From the human T2T-CHM13v2.0 reference genome, Homo sapiens: a DNA stretch of 64,000 nt. The notes below the pieces were generated by a model. The model worked only from the letters and a program-made list of their open reading frames with translations. It did no database searches and had not been told where the DNA came from. The translations under genes and the position numbers were made by a program. Shown piece by piece: positions 46,452 through 61,870 of the stretch (positions are counted from its first letter, which is position 1; each line of letters begins with the position of its first letter). The stretch is from the NCBI RefSeq assembly GCF_009914755.1, contig NC_060928.1, one strand, 5' to 3'.

Positions 46452-47002
46452 AGGGAAACAAAAATACACATATGGCCCCATTATGTTTCACCTTGTGAAG
46501 GGCTCTTCCTTCTCAGCGCAAAAATATCTGTACATACACCTAAGAAAGCTTGCAGCAGGGGGTAAACTACTTTCCTTGACCTAAATGTTGGTTACACATT
46601 ATGATTCTGAAAAATTGACTGAGGTATACACTCATAATGTGTGTACTTGGCCATGTGTTAGCTCACAGAAACTGTAACTAAAAACTTGCAAATACTTAAA
46701 AATGAATATACTTCTAGGTAACACATGGGTCACAGGAGAAACTGAGTAAAAATATCAAAATTCAAAGATAAAAATATAGTATCATCAAATACATATACTG
46801 CAGGCAAAAATGAACACAGAAGGGAAGTTATGACCCTATAGTGTAATATTACAGAGGAAAGGTTGAAAATTAATCCTAAGCACCCATCTTAAAGAACAAA
46901 CTAAATCCAGACAAAAAGGAAATGATAAAGAGAATTAACAAAATAGGAAACAAATATAAAATGGACACGATCAACAGAGCTAAAAATTAGTTTTTGAAAA
47001 TA

Positions 47003-47242
47003 CAGTCATCCTTCAGTATATGAGGGTAAATTGGTTCCAGGACCCCAAGTGTGCTGAAATCCAGGCATACTAAAGTTCCACAGTTGGCCTTGTAGAACCT
47101 GCATACAGGAAACGTCAGCCCTCCATCTGAGCAGGTTTTGTATCTCATGAATACTGTATTTTTGATCTGCATCTGACTGGAAAAATCTCTATGTATACAT
47201 GGACACACACAGTTAAAACTTGTGTTGTTCAAGAGTCCACAG
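47003..47242. mobile_element. MER8-like Tigger MITE
   Basis: Matches the recalled MER8 consensus and is flanked by TA. Confidence 0.7.
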
Positions 47243-47265
47243 TACTAATAAAAATCACTAACATT

Positions 47266-47743
<478 letters not shown>

Positions 47744-50700
47744 TCACTAACATTTGGCACACTGGTCAAGAGAAAAGAGAATTCATAATACCCACTGTTA
47801 AACAAGGGGCATCATTATGGAACTTACAGACATGAAAAATATGAGTGGATAACAAGCATATTGATGACAAGAAATTTGAAAATTCCAACGAAATGCACTA
47901 ATTCCTAGAAAAACACAATTTACTTAAATTGACTCAAGGAGAATTAGGAACTTTAAACAGTTCGATGTCTAATAAAGATATCAAATCCCTAGTTTAAAAT
48001 CTTTGCACAAAAAACTTACTGGGCCTAAATAGTGTCACTCCTGAATGCTACCAAACATTTAAAGAAATAACCCCCATCTTACAAAAAATTTTCCAGAGAA
48101 GAGAAAAATAAAAATAATTTACAACTTGTTTTATGAAACCAGAACAGACCTGATTTACCAAAATGTGGAAAGGGCATTACAAGAAAAAAAACTTACAGGT
48201 CCAGCTCTCATATGAACATAGGTGCAAAAAACCCCATGCAAAATAGTAGCAAACTGAATTTACTTACATATACAAGCTACCTTGTCTCACTACAAAGTTG
48301 AATTTGTTCCTAGAATCTAACGTGGGTTTCAAATTCTAAAAATAAATGCAACTCACCACATTAATAAATGAGAATAATTAAATGATAATCTCGACAGCTA
48401 TAGAATAAGCTAATAAAATATTTATAGTCAATAATCACAGAAAAATTAACAAAATTCAATACCATTCATGATGATTAAAAAAGAAACCTTAGCAAAAACT
48501 TGATGCACATATAATACTTGATGAAATACTGGAAGCTTGACCCTGAAATTAGGAAAATGACGAGGGCGCCAGCTAATGCCACCGTTTCTCCTCAGCACTG
48601 TACTGGAGGTCCCAGCCAATGCTGTAAAAAAAAGGAAGCGCATAAGGAATAGAAAGAGAGATCTAAAGCGTCCTTATTCAAAGATAACATGTTGGCGTAT
48701 GTAAATGTTCTAGCAGAATCTACACATAAACCAACAGAGTTATCAAGTAAATTCTGCAAGGTCACTAGAGACAGTTAAGAAAATCCATTGCATTTTTATA
48801 TACTAGCAATAAGCACTTGAGAAAAATTGTTTAAAACTACAATAGTAGCAGTCCAAATCATTAAATACCTAACAGAGATACTAACACTGTTGCACAAAGC
48901 CTCCCTAAAGAACAGTAAGTCCACAATAACAATCCCAACAGGATTCTGTGTCTGTGGAAATTGACGACATGCCTCCAAAATTTATGCGGACATGCGAAGA
49001 TGAATGTAGGCCAACTGGTGTATCAGACAACCCCCAAATCTCAATGGCTTATTGTGGGGACACTTGTTTCTTGCCCATACAATAGTTCAAGACCAGGCTC
49101 AGTGGGTGGCCTTCCACACAGGCCCTGGGCTCAGGTCACCCCGCCCCCAGCAGCTCTGCCCTGTTCTCCGGGGCTTCTGTGGTGACAGAAGGGCAGTGGA
49201 GGGCTGTCCAGGAGGCTGTTTTTATGGGCCAGGCCTGGAAGTGGTCTTCATTGCTCCTGCTTGCATTTCAGCATGGGAAGGTAGGTGGGGAGAATGAGTA
49301 CAGCCAGGTGCCCAGGAAGAAAGGGAGCAGGCGTGGTGATGACTGCCCAGCCTGGCCTGGTCTGCCATTCTGGTCACTGGTATCCAGGTCACTCCTCCCT
49401 TAGACAGAAAGTCACTCCCCCAGAGTGGAGCGCCCCCACCACCACTGTCACTGGCCCAGCTCAGATGCTGGGGCAGCATGTGGCCCCTTCCCTCGGGTCC
49501 CGATTTGGCCTGCAATCTATGAGCTAGAAAGACAATGAACGTGTCTGCATCCTCGCCATGACCTGACATCTAATGGCGGCACGGGGCAGGACAGCTAAGA
49601 AACACTCCCCACCACACCAAGGGAGGAGGAAGAACACAGGTGCACGTCATGAGGCATTTGAGGATGGGTGCTGGGGGCTCCTCCCCCAGGGAGAGCCTGG
49701 GCTGGACTGCAGCTCTGCCTTCTGGAGGAGCTCTCTTGTCTGCTCTCTCCAGGCCCTGGTTCTGCCTGCTGGGGTTCCCATCAAGTGAAGCGAGGCAGAA
49801 GTGCTGCCTCAGCTTTCAGGGCCTTCACCCTCAAGACTTATCTCTTACCACTTGGAACTCAAAAGCAACTGGCGTGTCCATGACTGTGGGGCATCCTCGT
49901 CCTTCACCTCCTTACTGTGGCTACTCCTTTCCACGTGTGTGTGTAAAAACCGGCCCGGTCTAGCTTACACTCTCCCTCCTCAAGGAGGCAGATGCAGGGG
50001 GAGCACAGCTGCTGCTCTGCTCCGCGCTCACCGGAGCTCCCTTCCTGGCGGCCCAGCCACACACCACATCCCCAGGCACTGGCTTCAGTCTGCTCTGCTC
50101 CCTGGCCATCCACCACCCAACCAATACGGTGGTGCCCTATTTTGTGCATTCAATCGTAATGGAGCATTATAATGACAAACAAATCAATATATAAAGATAT
50201 CTCAGGTGGTGACACACACTGCGAAGCAGAATAATCCAGGTCAAGGAACACAGCGTCAGAGGGTCACTTTTACATGGTAGTGTCTGTCACAATCAGGTCT
50301 GGGGAAGTCCACTCACAATGTGTTTTGTTTTAAAGAAAAAACAACATGAGACTGGAAACCATCAGAGGGTACTGCACTAAGCGAGGATAAGAACTGCTCT
50401 GTGAAACTGATTTCACCGAAGTGCTCACACACGGATGCACCCACGTGCAAGTGCACATGCTGGCATAATATAAAGCGTCCTTTCTACCGCAGGTCAGGGT
50501 CAAAGAAGCCAGCATGAGCCAGAGCTGTTGGTGATGTCTCCTCACATTCCATAGAGACTTAAGGCTGTGGGGGATGGAGCCTGTGGCCATCTGGGAGGAC
50601 ATTCCAGTCAGAGGGGACAAGAAAGCCAGGCACTGAGGCGGACGAAGACCCTGGCTCCTGCAGGGGCTGCAGGCCAAGCTGGCTGCCTGGGGACCACGAG

Positions 50701-50985
50701 GCGGCCAGAGGCCAGGCCACAGGGCCTACATGCATGGGGGACTTTGGCGCTTACTCCTGGAAAGTTGGGATGCATTTAAGCAGATCCCTCTGGCTGCAGG
50801 GTGAAGAGGCTCTAGGAAGCCAGAGTGAGAGGAGGAGGAAGCAGCAGCTCCTATAGGGGGGTGAAGCAACAGGGAAGGGAAGACCAGCATTCGGAAGACA
50901 CTGCGGAAGAAAGAGCCCACACGGTCTGTGATGGTTTAGAGAAAGAGAAGCAGGAACAACTTCTACATGTTAAACAATTTTACTT

Positions 50986-51008
50986 ACACACACACACACA
51001 CACACACA
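50986..51008. repeat. (CA)n microsatellite
   Basis: About 11 CA units. Confidence 0.9.
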
Positions 51009-51764
51009 GTCACTCAGACACAGAGAAAAGAACACACGCCTTTTTAAACACCAATCAAATATGAACAATTACTGTGTATTAAACCACAGTGAAAATCCTG
51101 ATAATTAAAAAACCCACATAGCCATATTCTCTCATCAGAATGCCATAGGACTAAAAATTAACGATGAAAATGACAGGGAGCTAAAAGCTAACCACTTAGA
51201 AACTAAAGCATATCCTTTCAAATAATTCCTGAGTTAAAAAAATAAAGACATATTAGAGATTATTTAGAAATCAGAGAAAAGCGGTACTCAAAATGATACA
51301 GAATAGCAGTGCACAGAAAGACACGGATGGTCTTAAATATACTTACTAGGAAACAAGAAAGTAAGTAAATGACCTGAACATTCCACTCAAGCTAGAGAAA
51401 GGTTAAGGGCTCACCAGCCTCCAGCCCGACCGTGTACAGGGCTTAGTGCGAGGGTACCGTGCGAGGAGCAGAAGCAGGCAGGCACTGAGCCTCTAAGCTG
51501 CCACATGTGTGGAGGAAAAGAAAGTATTTTCTGTTAAAAGTGCAAACATTTATATCTTTTGCCCTTGCTTTTTCATTACTTCAGGAATTTATGCCACAGA
51601 AATATTCTTATAAGTGTGGAGAGATATTGGTTAAAAATGTTCACTGGAAGGTTGTTTGAAACAGCGAAAAACCGAAAAAATCCAAAGGCTCACTGATAGG
51701 AAAATACTAAAATATAATGCAGTCCTTTTAAGAGTGAGTGTGCCCAAAATATAATGTCAACTGA

Positions 51765-52465
<701 letters not shown>

Positions 52466-53060
52466 CAGGACTTACACATTTGCCATTATAATTTTCTGTA
52501 CTATACGAATGTTGTGTAACTTTGTATTATGTTTGTAATCAGAAAAAAACAACTATTATATTTAAATCATCAGACCAAATGCACATTTTGGAGATCAGGC
52601 AGAGAAAAGACCAATCATTTGTTTATACCAATAACAAGTTAAACTGAATATTTTATAGAGAGAACAAAAGGCATTGTTTTAAGCCTTCAGCAGTAATTGA
52701 TTTTAAACTTACTTTATGAACAACACTCTTAATTATATATGACCCCTATACAAATCCAAACTCTATCACCCTCTTAAGGTGCCTGTATTGTGCTGCAGAA
52801 ATCTATTTAACCCACTTTCATTTCCAGGAACACAGCACGATTCAACAACCTAGGAATAAGGTCAATCTATAGCTAAGAAAGTTTTAAAAATTAAGTTTTA
52901 AAAACTAAATCCTAACTGCATTTTGATTACTCAGATATCTTTGTTAACGGAGCAAAGTGACTGAAAATTTTAGACACCATAAATGACTAAAAATTAAATA
53001 TCAAATTTAAAAGGAAATATGACTGTGATTAAGATGCAGATACGACACATTTCAACTTAC

Positions 53061-53122
53061 ATGCTTTGAAAGCAAAACTGTACGACAAGGAGCTTTACAA
53101 ATCAAGCATTCATTCTTTTTAC
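53061..53122 (-). CDS. RNF212: RNF212 exon 2 (GKKNECLICKAPCRTVLLSKH, end of RING)
   Basis: ttttatag|GTAAA...CAT|gtaag, 62 nt. Confidence 0.97.
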
Positions 53123-53425
53123 CTATAAAATAAAAATAGGCTTTATTATATTAGACTGACTACTACTTTTAAATATGTATACATGCAGACTTTACAATGT
53201 TTCTCCAAGAAATAGGCAGGATTGTATCACTTACAGGTTTTCATGTTCTGACAGGATGAGGCTGTGGGTACTGGTACAGTTGGAAGGATTTATAGAACTA
53301 ACATTCTTTTCCCCTCTTTTGCAAATATGTACAAAAACAGTGACCATAAAGATCAACAACACTTAAGGCTAAGTCTATCCCAGGTATTTATTACAATTAG
53401 GCTTTTTTAAAATTAAAATTAAAAA

Positions 53426-54059
<634 letters not shown>

Positions 54060-56674
54060 TAAAATTTTTAACTATTCAAAATGAACCTCAAGCTTGATTT
54101 TCTCACTAGTCAACTTGGAGCCCAGGGCTGACCAGGCACTATGAGCCTTCACACTCCTGTCATTCCAGGGAGGACATCAGGTCCAAACCTGAACAAGCCC
54201 GGTGGCTTTGTCCCCTCCTCTGGGCCAGTGCAGCTAAGAACTAGGAAAAAAACATCCCTTAAGTGAGAGGTGGATTCACAGACTTGAGGATTCTAACGCT
54301 GCTGAGTCAGCAACACTGCTGGGCAATCCTGCTTTTCCTGGGTATTTTCTGCCCCATTCCCCATGGGGCTGCTCAAACCAGGGCCCTCATATCATCTACT
54401 CAGAAGAAGCCCTGGCTCATGACCTACCTCAATTTCTCTGCCCTCTCCTCTAGACTGACCCACCACAGAACAACCCACTTCACGCTACCTCCTTCCTTTC
54501 TGCCTTGGAGGCAGCATCTCTTCCAGCCCAAGCCCAGGCTTTCACTTGTGTATCCATACTCGCCTCAGTGTCCGCAGCTCCCAGCACACAGAATGGTGTC
54601 CTACTGTGGGGTGAGGGGGTCCCCTTCTAACAGCCTCCAGAATTGTCTCCTTTCCTCTCTTCTTCAAGTTGCCCTCATGCTAAAAACATCTACCCTTGAC
54701 AGTAGGTCCCCTCCCTTCTAGCTCTTTAAGTGCAAATTCTGCAGCAAGAAAATTCCTCTTATGCACCATCACAGCTAGGAGTCATGCAGTAAAAGATTAA
54801 CAGAGCCGACTCATAAAAATCGAAAAGTTCTTACAAGGGAGGAGGATTAACAGACATGACAGAGAGGAAATCACGTGCGGCCAAAAGACAAAGGGATTGA
54901 TGCCTGATCTATAAATAGTGCTCACTAGTCAATTAAAAAGAAACACCTCAATAAAAGGCTATGAGGAGACCTGAATAGGCATAGGAAAAAATGCAAACAG
55001 CCAATAAACACACAAAATGAAGGTCAAGGTCACTAGTAAGAGACACCAAAGAGGAGAAAACAACAGGTGCTCACGTGTCACTACAGGGAATAGAAACAGG
55101 CACTTCCTTTGTGCCTGTTTGGGTCGCATTTGGGTCGGTTTTCATGTGCACATCCGCAGCCTAGCCACTCCACCCCGAAGAATATATTCCAAGGAAAAAA
55201 ATCAAGTAAGAGAACAAGTGGTGTCTCATAGCAAAACGGCAGAAACTATGTTATGGTATGATAGCCAAAAGATGTATCATGCAACCTTAAGAATGATGAT
55301 ACAGACTTATTTTAACACGGAAGGAGGTCTATGTTTGAGTAAGTAATAAAAGCAGATTACTGAATGGTAGACACACTATTGCTTTTGTTTTAAAAATCTG
55401 CATCTATAGGAAATGCTTGGAAGGATATACACCAGAGCTAAACAAGGGCTTCCCTCTGAGTGACACACCACTGGACAGCTACAGAGCTACAGTCAAGGCT
55501 CTGCCCAGAGCCTCCACCCCTTTTCACCATTTTTTTGTGTGTCTTTGGATTTGGTGTGGTCCCGACATGCAGCATCTGTGGCTTTTTGGAGGAATGCACT
55601 CAGACTACTGGAATCTGTGTTGACCTCAGGCTTTAAGAGCTAGGCAAACCTGTGAATCTATACCTGCCCCAGGCCCTTAACCAGTCACCTGCCAACGCAG
55701 AGTATGCTGACCTCAAAAGCTATGACGCTCTGAGCCCTGTCTTCACACTTCCCAGCACCACGAAGGCACACGCGTCTCCATCATTCCTAACAATGTTATC
55801 TTCGGGGAACATTATCTTGGGTCACCAGTGCCCTCCTCACTGGTCCAATGGACACTTTCAAACACCAATTCCTTGACTTCACTGGGATGTCCAGTTCATC
55901 AACATCTCTTTTTTACCTGACATCTTCTTTACCTCCTTCAACAAATGCTCTTTCCAACAAGATAGTCTCTTCTAGTTTCCTTCACCTTTGGGGCTCTCCA
56001 CACTCCAATATCTAGGATTATAGGATTATTATCCCGTATTAATCGCTCCCCAAATGTGTTCCTGGCTGTCTTGAGTTCCAGACCCACATGTGCAACTGCC
56101 TCTTGTCTTCCCCTGGATGGCTCTCACAGGATACAGGCCGTGTCCAGACATGAGCTCAGGGGCCCTGCACCCCACCCTGCTGTGCCCCACCCTGCTGGGT
56201 TCCCTCCCGCTGGGCTCCTCTCCAGTGTTTTGTCTAGCAGTGAAACCCTGTCCAGTTCTCTAGCCCTTGTCTCCGACTCATGTCTGCTGAATCTACCTAA
56301 CTTCTCCTGAACCTATCACTTCTCCCCATCACCTCTCATGTGCTCAGCTGCAGTCTCTCCCACAGTTTCTATCTCCCTCCAATCTACTTTTCACCTGGCT
56401 GCCCGAGACACTTTTGTTTTTAAATACACACCTGAAATCAACAACTCCACTCCCAGGTTACACACCCAACAGAAATGTGTACCTAAGATCACCGAAGACA
56501 GGAGCAAGAAGATTCACAGTAGCATTATTTCTGCAGCCAAATCTGCAAACAACCCAAAGGGCCATGGACAGTGGAAACGATGAGTAACTTGGGGTGTATC
56601 CATACAATGGAACACCACACAACAATGAAAGTAGATGAACTACAGTTACATACAAATACAATGATAAACTTTGC

Positions 56675-56930
56675 TAATCCCACATTTCGGGAGGCCAAGG
56701 CCGGTGATTGTTAGAGGACAGGAATTGGAGACCATCCTGGGCAACAAAGGGACCCCATCTCTGTGAAAAATTAAAAAAATCAGGGGTGCGTGGCTGCACA
56801 TGCCTGTAGCCCCGCTACCCTGGAGGCTGAGGTAGGAGAATCACTTGAGCCTGGGAGGCGGAGGCTGCAGTAAACCGAGATCCCGCCACCGAACTCCAGC
56901 CTGGGCGACAAAGCTGAGCTCTGCCTTGAA
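56675..56930 (+). mobile_element. Diverged AluJ
   Basis: Degenerate Alu dimer. Confidence 0.8.
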
Positions 56931-57299
56931 AGAGGCAAAGAGAAGGAAGGGAGAAAAAGGAAGAAAGATGGGGAGCCACAGAAAGCGGCTTTGCTGTAGG
57001 GCTGGTTGTAGGGCTGCATTCACTAAGGCTCCATGGGTCTAAGGCCAACTCCGAGGATGGAGGTCAGCACAGCTGGCGTCCCCTGGGGCTGGAGGGCTGT
57101 GAGCCACCGGCACCCAGCTGGCTGCTTTCACGGGGAAGTTCGCTTGGTAAAAGCTCACTGTGTTTTTGCTTTTGTTCTTGCATAAACATCAGTTCAACAC
57201 AAAATTTTCACAGAAAGAAAAACGCCTCCCTGACAATGCGACTGTCCACTTGACACCAGGGCCCCGCGCTGCCCATGGAATAGGGCCAGAGTCCTCCAC

Positions 57300-59180
57300 T
57301 GGCGTTAAGGTTGCCGCCTGCCCGCTTCTCCCCCAGGTCCTCCAGGCGGACCCGCAGCCTGCAAGCCAGAGCCCCCGACTGACAGGACTCGTGGCCCGAC
57401 CCCTGTGTCCCCCTCATCTTGCATCCCGCTCCCCCCGGCGGCCCCTCCCCTCCACGGCCCCTTCCTGCCTGCGGACCCTCCCCCACGCCCTCCTCCCCTG
57501 GCGTCTCCCCTCCCCCCATCTCCTCGGTATCCCCCTTCCCCCCCCAGCCTTGACCCCCCACATCCCCCACCTTGCCCCCCTCCTCTGGCGTCCCCTTCCT
57601 CCCTGCAGCCCCCCACCACCTCCGGCGTCCCCTCTTTCCCCACCCTCCCGCAGCCCCTCACTCCCCCGCTCCCTCCCCACCGCTTCTCCAGTGTCCCCCT
57701 CTCCCCACGGGCCCCTCATCACGCCCGCGGCCCCCACTCCCCGGTGGCCCCTCCTCCGAATACCCCTACCTCCGCGGCCTCTCACCCCCCCATGCCCCCC
57801 CCCCGCTCCATGCGCCGTTTCTCCCCCTCGGCCCCCCACGCGCCCCCGCGGCCCCTCCACCCCAGGTCCCCCTCCCCTCAGAGTTCCCCTGCTCCTCGCG
57901 GCCTCTCCCCTGGCATCCCCCTCCCCCTGCCCCCTCCCCCTTCTCCACGCGCCCTCTCTCCTCCGCAGCCCCCCACGTGCCCCCATGGCCCTCCCACCCA
58001 AGTCCCCCATCCCCCGGAGTTCCCTGACCCCCTTGCCGCTCCCCTCCCCTCTCCAGCCTGCGTTCGGGAAGCCCTGACCTTTGCCGAGGCAGGCGTCGCA
58101 GTACACGTGCCCGCAGTTGGTGAGGCTGAAGCACGACGTCCTGTGGGGCGGCTGGAAGCAGCGATTACAGAACACCCAGTTGGCCATGCCAGGCGGGCGA
58201 CCGCAGCGGCGAGGCCGGGCCCACGCGAAGCCCACGCAAGGTTGGGACCAGCCTCCCCGCGCAGGGCCCGAAGGCGGGCAGCTCTGCGCCTGCGCAAAGT
58301 CGACGGCAGCCCTGCGCCCGCGCACTGGAGCTCGCGCCCTCCCGCCAACCTCGCGGGTTCTCCCGCAGCACCTGGGAGGGCGCGTGTGACTCGTCTCCCA
58401 GGTCGTTTGGGCCGGAGTAGGCGGAGGAACGCACCGCGAGCACCAACGTCCCGCCCCTGTCTTGGCGGTCCTCAGGTGTTTTGTGGAAGCCGGGCCTGGG
58501 TGGCGGGCGCGGGGAATGGCGGCTGCGCTGAGGAGGCGTCGCGGCGCGACAGCAGTGGGGGAGGGGGAGGGGGAGCGCCGAGGGCGGGGGATGCGGGCCA
58601 GGCCCACCTTGAGGGCCGGGAGCTGGGCCGGAGGCCAGGGCGGCCAGGGTAGTGCGCTGGGCGAGGCAGGGGAGGAGTAGGGGAGAGTGGGCGTGGGGGC
58701 CCTGGGGGCCGGGGGAGCGGGATAGGAGGGAGGGAGGGATAAGTGGGTGTGGGAGTTGGGGTGGGAGCGGGAGTGGGGATGTGGGAGTTGGGGTGGGTGT
58801 GGGGGCGTGAGGCGGTGGGGGTGGGGTGTGATGAGGCGGTGGGGGTGGGGGGGGCAGTTGGGGGTGGGGGCCAGGCCGCGCTGCACGCTTTGGGACTAGT
58901 GTCCAGGTGGCCGCTGGCGCAGAGACCTCAGCACGGGAGGCCTGAGCCTGCTTCCCTCTGAAACGGAAGGCGTAGCTCGGGAAGGACCTCTGCTGCTTCC
59001 AGGTTCCAGCATGGGGAAGTGACTTTTTATAAAATTGTCCTCTGCGTGGTTTTGAGAGTTTCCACCCGCTGGGACGCTGCAAAGCTCGGATCGAGAGGCT
59101 CAGGCAAGTGCTTGTGCCGGGAGAGCGCAGGGTGAGCGCTCCCGGTAGCTACGGGCCAAGTGACCCCTGCGCCCCGAAAG
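57300..59180. promoter_or_regulatory. RNF212: CpG island and RNF212 promoter, probably bidirectional
   Basis: High CpG density around exon 1, an NRF1-type TGCGCCTGCGCA at 58285-58296, and GC boxes. Confidence 0.88.
58079..58187 (-). CDS. RNF212: RNF212 exon 1 coding part (MANWVFCNRCFQPPHRTSCFSLTNCGHVYCDACLGK, C3HC4 RING)
   Basis: ATG at 58187 and donor AAG|gtcag, 109 nt; recognised RNF212 N-terminus. Confidence 0.98.
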
Positions 59181-59199
59181 ATGTGAGTAAAATACAGCT

Positions 59200-59780
59200 G
59201 TTTCCAGGGCCTCGTATGAAAACCTTCTTAGTAATTTTATATTGATTACATGTTAACATGATATTTTTGATATATTAGGTTAAATATATATCAGTAGCGT
59301 TGATTTTACCCTTTCAAAAAATCCTTTTCAATGTGGAGACTAGAAAACTTAGAATTACGTATGGGCTGGGTGCGGTAGCTCACGCCTGTAATCCCAGCTA
59401 CTCCGGAGGCTGAGGCAGGAGAATCGCTTGAACGAGGCGGAGGTTGCAGTGAGCCGAAATCACACCACTGCACTCCAGCCTGGGCAACAGAGTGAGACTT
59501 CGTCTCAACAACAACAACAGCAAATTAGAATTATGTATGTAGCCCACTTTTATTTCTGTTAGACAGTGCTGATCTCTACCAAGTTTAAAATAGCAAGACC
59601 AGCAACGTGGCAAAACCCCGTCTCTACAAAAAATACAAAAATTAGCTGGGTGTGGTGGTGGGCCCCTGGGGTCCCAGCTACTCGGGAGGCTGAGGTGGGA
59701 GGATTGCTTGGGCCCTGGAGATCGAGCCTGTGGTGAGCCTGACGGCACCTGTGCAGCAGAGCGAGACTCAGTCTCAAAAA
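59200..59780. mobile_element. MER33/MER3-like MITE interrupted by an internally deleted Alu (59364-59520), then an Alu fragment (59596-59780)
   Basis: TSD ttagaatta(c/t)gtatg; terminus gacagtgctg. Confidence 0.7.
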
Positions 59781-59982
59781 TAAGTTTAAGAATAGGATGA
59801 GGTGCCTAATCTATCAAATTCAGAAGCTGCATTATAAAAGCATTCTCTCAATGTTATAATGATATAACGTTAATCTCAATCTCTGGTATCTTTGAAATCA
59901 TAAAAATAATACACATATATGCAGGTATTTTGATTTATTAACTCAAACATTATGCAGATTATTTGTCCTTATTGATAATATT

Positions 59983-60132
59983 TTAAACAATCTTCTTAGC
60001 TATAAAGAAGTCTTTCAGGTACTTCATTTGGAAAATTCCGACTGAGATAAAGATTAATATTTGTGCAAAAGCCCACCATAAAACATTGCTATTTGTATCT
60101 TCACTGGTCGTTCGAAAATTTTCTTCACGGTC
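59983..60132 (-). pseudogene. TMED11P: TMED11P last exon ([20 protein letters not shown]...DFFIAKKIV*)
   Basis: p24-alpha transmembrane segment with FF and KKxx tail. Acceptor cgcatag|GAC; AATAAA at 59934-59939. Confidence 0.93.
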
Positions 60133-60986
60133 CTATGCGGAAAAGAAATAGGTTTAGTGTCATAAAGTACTTAACTCACGATTTTGAGGGGAGGGTTGTT
60201 GTGGGCATTCAAGGTATTTAATATTACCCAATTAATATCTTACACCAACGTATCCGTGCAGTCTGCTTTTCTAAACCAGAATCTGTTGCTTAGCCAAGTA
60301 TAAGAGAGTAAAAATCAACCTTATAAAAGATGGTTTTGTATTTTGGTGTAAAATATCAGGAATTTGACCTATTCGTATATTTTATTTGCTACCATCAGGC
60401 AAAGCGAATATTACCCAATAGTGGTAGATTTCATCATTTGAGTCCAGCCTTTATGCCAGGCATTAGGCCAAGCACTTGCATGCCTTATTTGCTTGTCACA
60501 CCTGTCCTTATCTTCCTGTTAAGGAAACTGAAGCTTAGAGATGACACAGATTACTGACAGGTAGTTGAGATTTAAGCCCATATCTGACCAATATCCACTT
60601 AGTGTAGTGACTCAAAAAGCACCTAATGTCATAAGAATAAAATTGTGATTTGGAAAGTGAGCATACGTGAGCCTCTACAAATACATGGGATGCATTTGGA
60701 AGCATTTATTCATTCTGCAAGCTCACACCCTGTGCTACTGGGGACTTCGTTAGGCACAGGGCATAAAAAGATGAATGAACTGAAATTCTGTTTCCTAGAG
60801 GAGTTCATAGTCCAGCCGACAGAGTGAAGAAAAATTGCTCTCTCTAGTCCCTGTGAATCCACACCGTTCTACCTCAGAGAGAAAGTGAGGAACAGGCAGT
60901 TCACTCTTTCCTTGGTCCAGGGGCTTTGTGTTGAGAAATGCGTTGCTGGTAGCAAGAGATAAAATAAGTTGAATAGGCAGACTGAC

Positions 60987-61133
60987 CCTTTGATAGTTTT
61001 GTTCTTTGACTATTTGCTCAATTTGTTCAATTAGATGTTCAAGCTTGAAGGTAAGTTCATTAACTTTGTCCTTTGCTTGAGCAATGGCCGCATCAAGGTC
61101 GTGTTCTCCAACTCGAATATCTAAGTGGATCCG
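60987..61133 (-). pseudogene. TMED11P: TMED11P penultimate exon ([11 protein letters not shown]...IVKEQNYQR)
   Basis: tacag|CGG...AGG|gtcagt, 147 nt, open p24 coiled-coil segment. Confidence 0.93.
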
Positions 61134-61870
61134 CTGTACAAACAGTAAAAAGGAAAAAACGGCATGTTTTTAAAAACAGCTCCACTCTTTTTCCTTACTT
61201 TCTCACTCTTGTATCCTCGTCCTTCCTTTTTCTCCCTTCCCCCTTTTCATAAGCAGGGCGTTGCTTCACTCTTCAGCTCCCTTTTTTCCCTCACTGCCAC
61301 TCTTTCTTATTCTACTTGGTAGTCTTTCTTGTAATAATAATGCATTAAATGGTAAATTACTGACCTTATAGTATATTTATACCTTCCTGAACATGAAATT
61401 AACTATTAGGTAAATGACTTTGGTGTGGAGAAAATTTGATTAATGTTCTGAGGGAAATTTTCTTTACATATAACTAAATTTCTTAAGCTAAAGTACAAAT
61501 TGTTTCCATCAGTTCCGAACACATTTAGAAAATAGCCAGTCACCATCTACCGTGTAAGAGTTTTATTTATTAGAATTCCATTATTAATTCACCCTTCAGC
61601 CTTCACTTGTTTTCAAGCCTCAATAATCACAGCTCTTTTAACCTTCCCTCACAGCTCTTATTTTTCAAACCCTTTAATCAACTTCATGGCTCTCCTTTGA
61701 ACCCCTTCCAAGCTCTCCAGCTCCCTCTTTGGTTGCTGCGCTGAGATCTGGGCATAGGACTTTAATAAGTTTCTAGCCAGTTTGAGTGTAATGGTTCTGC
61801 ATACCAATGTCATGCTTGAATAGTGCTGATGCTGTGTTCATCAACAAGGACATGGGAAGCATATACTCAC

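Noticed and set aside
57160-59082. Long overlapping ORFs of 305-490 aa around exon 1
   Set aside because: CpG-island low-complexity artefacts; only 58079-58187 is supported as coding.
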